Position numbers and translations under genes: made by a program. Below the pieces are notes generated by a model, which ran no database searches, was not told where the DNA came from, and worked only from the letters and a program-made list of their open reading frames with translations. DNA of 64,000 nt, from assembly GCA_041750555.1 (NCBI GenBank), contig JBGSZB010000011.1:588-64587 (forward strand). Reading direction: 5' to 3'. Below are positions 37,240 through 46,078 of this stretch, in pieces (positions within the stretch are counted from its first letter, which is position 1; every line of letters starts with the position of its first letter). Origin of the DNA: Candidatus Dojkabacteria bacterium. Lineage in GTDB: Bacteria; Patescibacteriota; Dojkabacteria; J137.

Positions 37240-38391
37240 TTAATTAGTTTGAACAGTTCTACCTCTTGCTGCATCATTTATATTTCCAACTAAATTATAT
37301 ATTGGAAGAATAATAGATAGGGCTACAAATGCTACTCCTAACCATACAATAATTAGTAATATAGGTTCTATTAAAACACTTAAGTTCTTTAAAGTATTCT
37401 CATTTTTTAATTCATAAACCTCCCCTATCTTTGAAAGAGATTTACTTAGTGACCCAGATTTCTCTGAAGAAATTAATAACTGTCTAGAGTAAGGTGGTAA
37501 GACATGCCCTATATATTTATATTTATCAACAATCTGACTAAAGGTATACCCCATTTCTAATTGAGATTTCATAAACTCATAAAAAACTTTATACCTTTTA
37601 TACACAGTTGAAGATATTAATAAATCCATAGCATTTAATAATGGATAACCAGTTTGTAATAGAGAACCTAATAAAAATCCAAATCTAGCTACTTCTACTT
37701 CTGTTAACATTCTTCCTAATAGTGGAATTCTAAACATAATTTCTTGACCAATGTGTTTACTTCTTTTAAATATAAAGAGAAAAAAGTATATAATTCCAAA
37801 AACAATAAAGATTAGTGGAATAACTATACCCCCATATGCATCTAGAAAATCTCCTAAACTAATTAATGCTTTAGTAACCCCTGGTAATTCAATGTTTAAT
37901 CCTTTATACACTGATGTTATTCTAGGTAATACAAAAAGTATCATTGAAAACCCTACAATAAAGATTAGTATTAAAACTAATACAGGATACAGACTAGCTG
38001 ATCTTATCTTGTTTTTAAACTCTCTCTCCTTTTGCATTTGAGATAAAACTATTAATGTATTTTCTTTAAGTTTTCCACTTCTTTCTCCAATTTGAATTAC
38101 AGATAAAAGATGACTAGGTAAAAGGTTTACTCTTTCTATACTTTTCCAAATACTACTTCCATCTTTAATATCTTTTTCTATTGATTCAACTGTATGTTGT
38201 AAACTTTTAGAAGATGATTCTGCTTTTAATACTTGAAGAGATGAAGATATATCTAAATCTGATGAAATAATTAAACCAAAATTCTCAAAAAATATCTCTT
38301 TTTCTTTTTGAGTTAACCTTTGTTTAAATAGAAACTCTAATATTTTATTTCTCTTTTTGATAGCCATAGATTTTTCTAGAATCAACTTCAC
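37240..38391 (-). CDS. pilC: Type IV pilus / type II secretion platform protein PilC/ComGB (GspF family)
   Basis: 383 aa with two T2SSF-like repeats and three TM segments. Directly downstream of the PilB-like ATPase; the annotated start overlaps pilB, so the true start may be an internal Met. Confidence 0.8.
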   Translation of the reverse strand: MKLILEKSMAIKKRNKILEFLFKQRLTQKEKEIFFENFGLIISSDLDISSSLQVLKAESSSKSLQHTVESIEKDIKDGSSIWKSIERVNLLPSHLLSVIQIGERSGKLKENTLIVLSQMQKEREFKNKIRSASLYPVLVLILIFIVGFSMILFVLPRITSVYKGLNIELPGVTKALISLGDFLDAYGGIVIPLIFIVFGIIYFFLFIFKRSKHIGQEIMFRIPLLGRMLTEVEVARFGFLLGSLLQTGYPLLNAMDLLISSTVYKRYKVFYEFMKSQLEMGYTFSQIVDKYKYIGHVLPPYSRQLLISSEKSGSLSKSLSKIGEVYELKNENTLKNLSVLIEPILLIIVWLGVAFVALSIILPIYNLVGNINDAARGRTVQTN

Positions 38392-40021
38392 TTGGAGCTA
38401 CTCTTATTAATTCATCAATATCAATTAAACCCTCTTTTACCTTTTCTATACCATCATCAAACATAGTTCTTGCTCCATTCTTTGTAGCTAGTTCTCTAAC
38501 TTCTAAACTTGATGGATTTTTTAAAATTACATTCTTAATATCTTCAGTTATGTATATTAATTCAAATAGTCCGATTCTTCCTTTATATCCTGTGTTATTA
38601 CATGCAGAACATCCTTTACCTTTAAATAGCGTTAATTGATCTTTATTAAAATACTTTTTAGGATCTGGGAAAAACTTTTCTAATTCATTAAAGCTTGTTT
38701 CATAACTATATCTACAGGTAGAACATATTCTTCTGGATAATCTTTGAGCAATTATTAAATTTAAGGTTGAAGCGAGTAAGAATGGCTCTACCCCCATATC
38801 TAAAAGTCTAGGGATAACTGTTGCTGCATCATTTGCATGAAATGTAGATAGCATTAAGTGTCCTGTAAGGGATGCATTTATTGCTATTTCAGAAGTCTCT
38901 CTATCTCTAATTTCTCCAACTAAAATTACATCTGGATCTTGTCTAACAATTGATCTTAAACCTCTAGCAAATGTTACTTCAGTTTCTAGATTAACTTGAA
39001 TTTGATTAACTCCATCAATTTTATATTCTACTGGGTCTTCAATTGTTGTTATATTAATCTTTGGATCTTTAAGTTTTTTAATTACAGAATACAAAGTTGT
39101 AGTTTTACCACTTCCTGTAGGTCCAACAGTTAATATCATTCCAAATGGTCTGCTGGAAGCTTCTTCTAATATTTTATGATCAGCTTCTCCTAAACCTAAA
39201 TCATTTAAACTTAGAGTTCTAATGTATCTAGATAAAATTCTAATAACTACATTCTGTCCATTAATTGTAGGTGCAATTGATATTCTTAAGTCAATTCCAT
39301 TATCTCCTGTTTTAACTCTAATTGCTCCATCTTGAGATGAAAAATGATCATCTATTCTTAAATTAGAAAGTACTTTAACTCTGTTTATTAAGTTTTCAAA
39401 GATATCTCTTGAAGTACTACCAACCTCATGCATAACTCCATCTATTCTAAATCTAATATCTACAGATTCTTCTTGTGGTTCGAAATGAATATCACTTGCT
39501 TCTAAATCTAGAGCTTCTTTTAATACTTCGTTAAATATTTCAGAAGCTACTCCGTATTCTTTTCTCTCTATAGTTTGAAATTTTTTTTCAAGAGATACTT
39601 TATATATATTTAGTACTTCATTCACTACATTGTTATCAGAATATCCAACCTCAATTGTTTTACCTTTAAATACTTCTTTAGCTTTCAATTTAATATCTTC
39701 TAAATATTCTACTTTTGAAGTTGTTAATAGAAATCTTTTTGGAGTTTCTTTTACAAATACACAGTTGTATCTTCTAGCAAATTTCTCAGGTAATCTTAAA
39801 ACATCTTCATTAGATGGTTTAGATACTTCTAAGTCAATAAATCTAACATTGTTTTCTTCTGCAATAGCTTCTAATACAAGTTTTCTAGTTAATAGCTCTT
39901 TTTCAATTAATGTATTAATTATCTCTTCATTGGATCTACCTTCTAAGCCTTTTAAATCAGACTCTTCAATGTAGTTATGTTTAATTAAATACGTTATTAA
40001 GTTTTTATCACTTAGATCCAT
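38345..40021 (-). CDS. pilB: Type IV pilus assembly ATPase PilB/ComGA (GspE family)
   Basis: N-terminal GSPII-like domain. Walker A GPTGSGKTT, Asp box, Walker B ILVGEIRD, His box, and the tetracysteine motif CSTC...CSAC. Confidence 0.9.
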   Translation of the reverse strand: MDLSDKNLITYLIKHNYIEESDLKGLEGRSNEEIINTLIEKELLTRKLVLEAIAEENNVRFIDLEVSKPSNEDVLRLPEKFARRYNCVFVKETPKRFLLTTSKVEYLEDIKLKAKEVFKGKTIEVGYSDNNVVNEVLNIYKVSLEKKFQTIERKEYGVASEIFNEVLKEALDLEASDIHFEPQEESVDIRFRIDGVMHEVGSTSRDIFENLINRVKVLSNLRIDDHFSSQDGAIRVKTGDNGIDLRISIAPTINGQNVVIRILSRYIRTLSLNDLGLGEADHKILEEASSRPFGMILTVGPTGSGKTTTLYSVIKKLKDPKINITTIEDPVEYKIDGVNQIQVNLETEVTFARGLRSIVRQDPDVILVGEIRDRETSEIAINASLTGHLMLSTFHANDAATVIPRLLDMGVEPFLLASTLNLIIAQRLSRRICSTCRYSYETSFNELEKFFPDPKKYFNKDQLTLFKGKGCSACNNTGYKGRIGLFELIYITEDIKNVILKNPSSLEVRELATKNGARTMFDDGIEKVKEGLIDIDELIRVAPSEVDSRKIYGYQKEK

Positions 40022-40547
40022 TTTTACTTATTAATTCAAAAATAGTGGTTACCATTTTAGCGAGTGGAGTACTCCCTTTGTTTATATACTCAACTCCATA
40101 TGATATTGCCTTTTCTCTATCTTCTGGTTGACTTAAACTAGTTGCAACTAATATATTTAATTTTTTACCTTGTTTTTTTAATTCATCTAATACTTCAAAG
40201 CCACCCATTTCAGGCATTACAATATCTAATACAATTAAGTTGTATTTATTACTTTTTAAAAATTCTAGGGCTTCTAAACCATTAGCTGCTGTATCAACAT
40301 ATACTCCTAGACTATTAAGTTTTAATTTTAATACTCTAGATAATGCTTTTTCATCATCTACTACTAATACCCTGTATTTAAATTCTTTAGGTTTTTCAAT
40401 TACAACCTTTTCCCTAGATTCAACTGGTTTAACTTCAGGTGTTTTAACTTCAGTATCCAAAGATTCTGTTTCAACTGGTGTAACTTCTTTAGGTGGTTGA
40501 TTAGCCTTATCTCCAAATTTAGAAAATATTAATTTAGGTGGCTCCAC
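40008..40547 (-). CDS. Stand-alone response-regulator receiver (CheY-like REC) with a Pro/Glu/Lys/Val-rich N-terminal extension
   Basis: REC signature ...RVLVVDDEKALSRVLKLKL...LIVLDIVMPEMGGFEVL...LVATSL.. with no output domain. Overlaps the pilB start by 14 bp. Confidence 0.75.
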   Translation of the reverse strand: MEPPKLIFSKFGDKANQPPKEVTPVETESLDTEVKTPEVKPVESREKVVIEKPKEFKYRVLVVDDEKALSRVLKLKLNSLGVYVDTAANGLEALEFLKSNKYNLIVLDIVMPEMGGFEVLDELKKQGKKLNILVATSLSQPEDREKAISYGVEYINKGSTPLAKMVTTIFELISKNGSK

Positions 40548-40704
40548 AATTATTTAATTATATATAGTACACATCTATACTACTTAAATTTAAAATTGAT
40601 TGCAATTTTAATTTTCTTTATAAACTATAAATAATTATTGGTAATATTATTCCCTTCATTATTTCTTAATTACTAGTTAAAATAGATTAGTTATATTTTT
40701 ATAA

Positions 40705-41247
40705 ATGAACAAAAACTATTTATACATTCTAGTTACAGTATTTGTATTATCTTTTGGGGTAATAGCAATAATGCTAATCGTTGAGAATGAAAACAATAGA
40801 ATATTAAGAGTAGATAATGATTCAAAAGATGTTATTTCAATGAATGATAGTGCAGATAATACAGTAGATGATCCAGAACAAGATAACGGTAGTGATGATA
40901 TTAAAGGTGAAGAGTATGTAGATAATGGAAGTAAATATCAAGAGTTTTCTGTTAGTAAATTAATTGCAAATAAGGATAAGAAGCAAATATTGTTTTACCA
41001 TGCATCATGGTGTCCTACGTGTAAAATATTAAATGACAACTTAAATAGTAATTTAGTGAGCATCCCAAGTGATGTAGTAATATATAGAGTGGATTATGAT
41101 GATACTCAATATAATCAAATGAAAAGAGATCATGGTATAACATATCAACATACCCTAGTTTATGTTAATGAAAATGGAGAATTAATTGATAAATGGGCAG
41201 GAAGTTTAAATGTTGATGAGGTAATTGATAAATTAAATAATGTATAA
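40705..41247 (+). CDS. Membrane-anchored thioredoxin-like thiol:disulfide oxidoreductase
   Basis: N-terminal TM anchor and a Trx fold with active site WCPTC (…FYHASWCPTCKIL…). Confidence 0.6.
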   Translation: MNKNYLYILVTVFVLSFGVIAIMLIVENENNRILRVDNDSKDVISMNDSADNTVDDPEQDNGSDDIKGEEYVDNGSKYQEFSVSKLIANKDKKQILFYHASWCPTCKILNDNLNSNLVSIPSDVVIYRVDYDDTQYNQMKRDHGITYQHTLVYVNENGELIDKWAGSLNVDEVIDKLNNV

Positions 41248-41254
41248 TCAATAA

Positions 41255-41698
41255 ATGACTTTAAAGAAATCTTCACTTAAAAAATATGGTGTAATTACAA
41301 TAGTTAGTATTGGTTTACTTACGTTAATATTAGTTGTATCTCCATTTTTACAAAACCTATTAAAAGTTAATAATTCACTACCATATGATGTAGCAACTTA
41401 TGTTGAATACAAACAAGATCAGAAGTTTTTAAATGATAAGAATGTTTTATTCTTTAAAGCTAATTGGTGTGGAACTTGTCATGTAGCTGAAACTAATATA
41501 TTAAATAGTTTAAGTAGTATTCCAAAAACTCTAACTATATATTCGCTTGATTTTGAAAATAGTAAGAATAATGATTTAAAAAAGAAATATGGAGTAACTA
41601 CACAACATACATTTGTACAGGTAGATAGAAATGGTAATTTAATTAAAAAATGGGAATTAAGTTATACAGTTAATGAAATTTTAGAGCAGTTAGTTTAG
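41255..41698 (+). CDS. Membrane-anchored thioredoxin-like thiol:disulfide oxidoreductase (paralog of the upstream gene)
   Basis: N-terminal TM anchor and active site WCGTC (…[13 protein letters not shown]…). Confidence 0.6.
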   Translation: MTLKKSSLKKYGVITIVSIGLLTLILVVSPFLQNLLKVNNSLPYDVATYVEYKQDQKFLNDKNVLFFKANWCGTCHVAETNILNSLSSIPKTLTIYSLDFENSKNNDLKKKYGVTTQHTFVQVDRNGNLIKKWELSYTVNEILEQLV

Positions 41699-42042
41699 TA
41701 TTTCTTTTGAGTTTCTTTTGCTTCCTCTACTTCAACCACTTTTACACTAGGTTTCTTAGTAGTTTTAATAGCTACTTCTACTTGAGGTAATATATCTACA
41801 TACTTTTTAGCTCTTTTGTATCCTGTCATTCTTCTAAAGAAAACTAAACCTTCAATTTTAGAAAAAATTGTATGATCTTTACCCATATCAGTATTCTTAC
41901 CTGGGTAGAATCTTGTACCTCTTTGTCTAACAATTATTTCTCCGGATTTAACAACTTGACCTCCAAATCTTTTAATACCAAGTCTTTTACCAGCTACATC
42001 TACTGTTCGTTTTGCTGATCCGGTTGAGGCTGAATGTGCCAT
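41695..42042 (-). CDS. rpmA: 50S ribosomal protein bL27, with a ~30-aa Lys/Glu-rich C-terminal extension
   Basis: [48 protein letters not shown]... Confidence 0.9.
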   Translation of the reverse strand: MAHSASTGSAKRTVDVAGKRLGIKRFGGQVVKSGEIIVRQRGTRFYPGKNTDMGKDHTIFSKIEGLVFFRRMTGYKRAKKYVDILPQVEVAIKTTKKPSVKVVEVEEAKETQKKY

Positions 42043-42045
42043 TTA

Positions 42046-42360
42046 TTAGTATTTAATAGATATTACTTTAAACTGTAACAACTCTTTTCTAAATCCTTTT
42101 GTCTTTCTATATCTAGATTTAGCTTTAAATGTTCTACTTGTTATCTTTTCTCCATTTACAACACCACTTACTTCAATATTAACTAGAGCTTTTTCAAGGT
42201 ATGGTTTACCAACTATCATATCCTTTTCATCACCAGCTGCTAATACTTTATCTAGTGATATTTTACCTGTCTCCATAATTACTTTAGGTAATTTGTATTC
42301 TTTTCCTTCTTCTAGGTTGTATTGGGATTTGCCCAACTCCACTATTGCAAACTTACTCAT
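42046..42360 (-). CDS. rplU: 50S ribosomal protein bL21
   Basis: MSKFAIVELGKSQYNLEEGKEYKLPKV...; conserved rplU-rpmA arrangement. Confidence 0.85.
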   Translation of the reverse strand: MSKFAIVELGKSQYNLEEGKEYKLPKVIMETGKISLDKVLAAGDEKDMIVGKPYLEKALVNIEVSGVVNGEKITSRTFKAKSRYRKTKGFRKELLQFKVISIKY

Positions 42361-42563
42361 ATATATTTATTTAGTACCTCGAAGGATACTATAAAATCGC
42401 TAAAATCTCAAGTAGTAACTAAGTATTTCTAGATAGTGAATTAACATGAAATTATATAAAAATTTAAAGTGTTAGAACTTTGTAAGTTAAGTGTTTTAAA
42501 ATATTATTTATTAATTAAGTTTGAGAGTAGTATAATATTAGTATTATTTAACTACTTTTAAAC

Positions 42564-42884
42564 ATGAAGAAAAAGAAAATGATTAAAACATCTAAGTTTC
42601 AAGTTGTATTACCTACTGAGGTTTTAGAAAAAAGTTATAACAAAGCCTTAGGGTTAGGTTTTAACTCTGTACAAGATATGGTTAGAGTATTTTTAGTAAG
42701 TGTTACTAAAAACAATATTGATTTATCGTTCAAGGAGGATCCACTTAGCGAGAAAATATCTCCTGAATATGAAGCTTTTTTAAATAAAAGATTAGAAGAA
42801 ACCTTAAAAGCTATTGAGGATGGGACTGCATATAGCGCAAATAGTGGAGAAGAGTTAATTAAGATTCTTGATTCCGATGATTAA
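42564..42884 (+). CDS. Putative antitoxin of the RelE/ParE-type TA pair
   Basis: 106 aa. It overlaps the downstream toxin-like ORF by 17 bp, as in classic type II TA modules. No strong family motif. Confidence 0.4.
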   Translation: MKKKKMIKTSKFQVVLPTEVLEKSYNKALGLGFNSVQDMVRVFLVSVTKNNIDLSFKEDPLSEKISPEYEAFLNKRLEETLKAIEDGTAYSANSGEELIKILDSDD

Positions 42885-43155
42885 GAAAGTTTATCTACAT
42901 AAAAAATTTAAAGAGTCATACAAGAAAAGAGGTTTTAAGGAAAACGAATACATCAAATCATTAATTTCATATGTTTCAAATTTATTAATATATAATCTTA
43001 ATGATAAAGCTTTAAGAGTACATGATTTAAAAGGGAGTATGAAAGGAAAAAAGTCCCTAAGCTTAACAGATGATATTAGAATAATATTTATTGAAACTGA
43101 AACCCAATATATATTTCTAGATATTGGGTCTCACAGTGATGTATATAATCCTTAA
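42868..43155 (+). CDS. RelE/ParE (YafQ-like) family toxin
   Basis: 95 aa. ...RVHDLKGSMKGKKSLSLTDDIRIIFIE...FLDIGSHSDVY matches the RelE/ParE consensus H.L.G...G..........R.I.... Confidence 0.55.
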   Translation: MIPMIKKVYLHKKFKESYKKRGFKENEYIKSLISYVSNLLIYNLNDKALRVHDLKGSMKGKKSLSLTDDIRIIFIETETQYIFLDIGSHSDVYNP

Positions 43156-44912
43156 AGATCTAATGATTTTTCAGAGTTTTTCTCCATTACTCTTTTACTA
43201 AAATCTTCAAGACTCATTTCACCTAAAGTTTCTCCATTTCTTAGCCTTACATTTACACTATTGTTATCTATTTCTTTTTGTCCAATAACTAAAATATATG
43301 GGACTTTCATTTCTTGTGCTTTTCTAATCCTATTTCCTAATGTTTCATTACTACTATCTATTTCAACTCTAATACCACTTTCTCTAAGTGTTTTTACAAC
43401 ATTTTCTGAATACTCTAAATGTTTTTCACTAGATATTGGTATAACATTTACTTGTACAGGAGAAAGCCATACAGGGAAACTTCCTGCAAAGTGTTCTATT
43501 AAAATCATCATAAATCTTTCAACTGATCCTAATATTGCTCTATGAAGCATTATTGGAGTTTTCATACTTCCATCACTATCTCTGTATTCCAATTCAAATC
43601 TAGATGGCATTACATAGTCAATCTGAACAGTTGATAATTGCCATTCTCTACCTAATGCATCTGTAGCCATTAAATCCATTTTAGGTGCATAGAATGCTGC
43701 TTCACCAACTCCATCATAGTACTCAATATCATTTCTTTTCATAATATCTATAGCCCAATTTTCTACTTTATCCCAAATTTGTGGATCACCTAAATACTTT
43801 TCAGGAGTTTTTGGATCTCTTGTAGATAATCTATACCTATACTTAAATCCAAATGTAGATAATATTTTTTTAGTCATTTGTAGTGCTCTATCAATTTCTG
43901 CATCTACCTGATCTTCTCTACAAAACACATGGCAATCATCTTGAGAAAACGATCTAACTCTAGCTAGTCCACTTAATTCTCCAGGTTTCTCATCTCTGTA
44001 AAGCATAGCGAAATCAGTGTATCTTATTGGTAAATCTTTATAGCTTCTTGGTTTACTTGCATATATTTGTGTATGTTGAGGACAGTTCATTGGTTTCAAA
44101 TACATCTCATCTTCAGTATGGTGAGAATGTAGTCTAAACATATCTTCATGATACTTATCGTAATGGCCAGATTTTTTAAATAATTCTGCTTTTGCAACTT
44201 GTGGTGTCCAAACTTGTTCATATCCTTCTCTAGTTTGCAACTCTTCTACATAACCTTGTAATAATCTTCTAAGCAATGCTCCTTTTGGTGTATAAAGTGG
44301 AAATCCAGAACCTACTAAATCAGAGAAAGTAAATAAATCCATATCTCTACCAATTTTTCTATGATCTCTTTTCTTAGCCTCCTCAAGCATTAATAAATAG
44401 CTATCTAATTCCTCTTGAGAACTAAATGCTACACCATATACTCTAGTTAGCATCTCCCTTTTCTCATCCCCTCTCCAGTAAGCTCCTGAAATACTCATTA
44501 ATTTAAATGCCCTAATTTCAGAAGTACTATTTACATGGGGACCCTTACATAAATCATAATATTCTTCACCTGTATAAAAGAAAGTAATAGTTTTATCCTC
44601 ACTAACAAATTGTTCTAACCATTCTAATTTAAAAGAATTATTCTTTAATAACTCACGAGCTTCTTCAATACTCACTTCTCTTTTAGTTATTGGTAAATCC
44701 TTATCAATAATCTCTTGCATCTTTTTTTCAATCTTTGGAAAATCCTCTTCAGTTAGTTTAATATTCCATAAAGAATCATTTGAAAAACTATCCTCTGTTA
44801 TATGTGCTACAGCTAATTTAACATCCTCTCCATAAAGCTCTTTAATAGCTTGAGCAAATACATGTTCTGCTGAATGCATTATTTTGTATTTATTTGATTT
44901 ATCTTTATCCAT
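43152..44912 (-). CDS. thrS: Threonyl-tRNA synthetase, lacking the N-terminal TGS domain
   Basis: 586 aa. It starts at the N2/editing-domain HSAEHV motif and has the class II core (RDHRKIGRDMDLF...) and anticodon-binding domain. Confidence 0.9.
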   Translation of the reverse strand: MDKDKSNKYKIMHSAEHVFAQAIKELYGEDVKLAVAHITEDSFSNDSLWNIKLTEEDFPKIEKKMQEIIDKDLPITKREVSIEEARELLKNNSFKLEWLEQFVSEDKTITFFYTGEEYYDLCKGPHVNSTSEIRAFKLMSISGAYWRGDEKREMLTRVYGVAFSSQEELDSYLLMLEEAKKRDHRKIGRDMDLFTFSDLVGSGFPLYTPKGALLRRLLQGYVEELQTREGYEQVWTPQVAKAELFKKSGHYDKYHEDMFRLHSHHTEDEMYLKPMNCPQHTQIYASKPRSYKDLPIRYTDFAMLYRDEKPGELSGLARVRSFSQDDCHVFCREDQVDAEIDRALQMTKKILSTFGFKYRYRLSTRDPKTPEKYLGDPQIWDKVENWAIDIMKRNDIEYYDGVGEAAFYAPKMDLMATDALGREWQLSTVQIDYVMPSRFELEYRDSDGSMKTPIMLHRAILGSVERFMMILIEHFAGSFPVWLSPVQVNVIPISSEKHLEYSENVVKTLRESGIRVEIDSSNETLGNRIRKAQEMKVPYILVIGQKEIDNNSVNVRLRNGETLGEMSLEDFSKRVMEKNSEKSLDL

Positions 44913-45275
44913 TTTAAAAATTTAATTACTAATTATTCTATTGATTATATGCCAATATGGCAAAGTTATGAAGATATTCCCCTTTAAGGGGTTGTAGTTG
45001 TAGTATTTGTTAACTTAATTACTTTGTGTGTTAACATATCCTGATTATATTACAAATATCTTAAATTTTAAATTAATATTATTAGCTTACAAATACTTAA
45101 ACAACTTGCAACAACTGGGGTAGAAACTTTTAGTGATAATCCTAAAATTAAAGAGGCATTTGCTAGATGGCTTAATGAGTTAGAAGATAGCGAATATGGC
45201 TTAGTTGAACTAAATGGTTTTATTCAATCATTAAACAATAGAAAAGTTGTTACGAATGAAGATATATCATTATTT

Positions 45276-45656
45276 TTGCATTTAGTAGGACATAGGATAC
45301 TGGGTTTAGCTAAACTAGATCCAGAATATTCCACCGATAGATTTGATGAATATGAAGTTTTACTAAGAGTTATTGAAAACATGGAAAGATCAAGGATTAC
45401 TTCAGTAGAACACACTAAAGAATTAATTTCATTATTTAGTTTAAGAATGAGAATTATCTTTGAAATCTACTATAATCCAGATAACCAGGAGTTAAATGCT
45501 AAATTAATAGCTTTGCATAGTTTATTAACTAATTTCTTGTTAGAGGCTGATGAGGATACTAAAAGTAAAGGTATCTATGTACAAGCAGCAAGAATATATG
45601 AGGCCATTAATATTATATTTGAAATGATGAATTCAAAGAGTTCAAAATATAGTTAA
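45276..45656 (+). CDS. Hypothetical protein; the in-frame open reading extends upstream to ~45083 without a canonical start
   Basis: 126 aa from a TTG start. Upstream in-frame translation (LQILKQLATTGVETFSDNPKIKEAFARWLNELEDSEYGLVELNGFIQSLNNRK...) looks protein-like, but no ATG/GTG/TTG is present before 45276. Confidence 0.3.
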   Translation: MHLVGHRILGLAKLDPEYSTDRFDEYEVLLRVIENMERSRITSVEHTKELISLFSLRMRIIFEIYYNPDNQELNAKLIALHSLLTNFLLEADEDTKSKGIYVQAARIYEAINIIFEMMNSKSSKYS

Positions 45657-45666
45657 TAGATTATTT

Positions 45667-46026
45667 ATGAACAATAATCCTAAGAAATGGGGGGAAGAAG
45701 ATCATTATTTGTCTGATAAAGAATTTAAGCAATCACATGATGATTTGATTGATCTTTTGGATCGCTACATAGAGGGGGATCCAAGTATTTCACCTACCGA
45801 AGCTTTATTAGCACAAATTAGAACAATTTCGATTTATCATCTTAGTCAACAACATATTTCAGAAACAGTAGGAGGAGATGTTACAAAATACTATAGATAT
45901 CTTACAGATATATCCAAAGTTCTTGAGAACCTAATCAGGAAGCTTGAGAATGAGCTTTCTAGAGAAACTCTTGATAGTATGATTAAATATTTAAGATTCC
46001 AAGGTTTTGTAATTTTTGGAAGTTAG
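45667..46026 (+). CDS. Hypothetical protein
   Basis: 119 aa. Codon usage (ctt, gag, cgc) is less AT-biased than in neighbours. Confidence 0.3.
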   Translation: MNNNPKKWGEEDHYLSDKEFKQSHDDLIDLLDRYIEGDPSISPTEALLAQIRTISIYHLSQQHISETVGGDVTKYYRYLTDISKVLENLIRKLENELSRETLDSMIKYLRFQGFVIFGS

Positions 46027-46078
46027 ATTTCTTACATATATATTTTCTGTGTATAATAAAGTTATTTAAAATTTAAAT

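Noticed and set aside
44913-45100. T-box riboswitch upstream of thrS, and similarly upstream of leuS and proS.
   Set aside because: Leaders are short (<100 nt for leuS and proS). None contains the conserved T-box sequence or a specifier-loop architecture.
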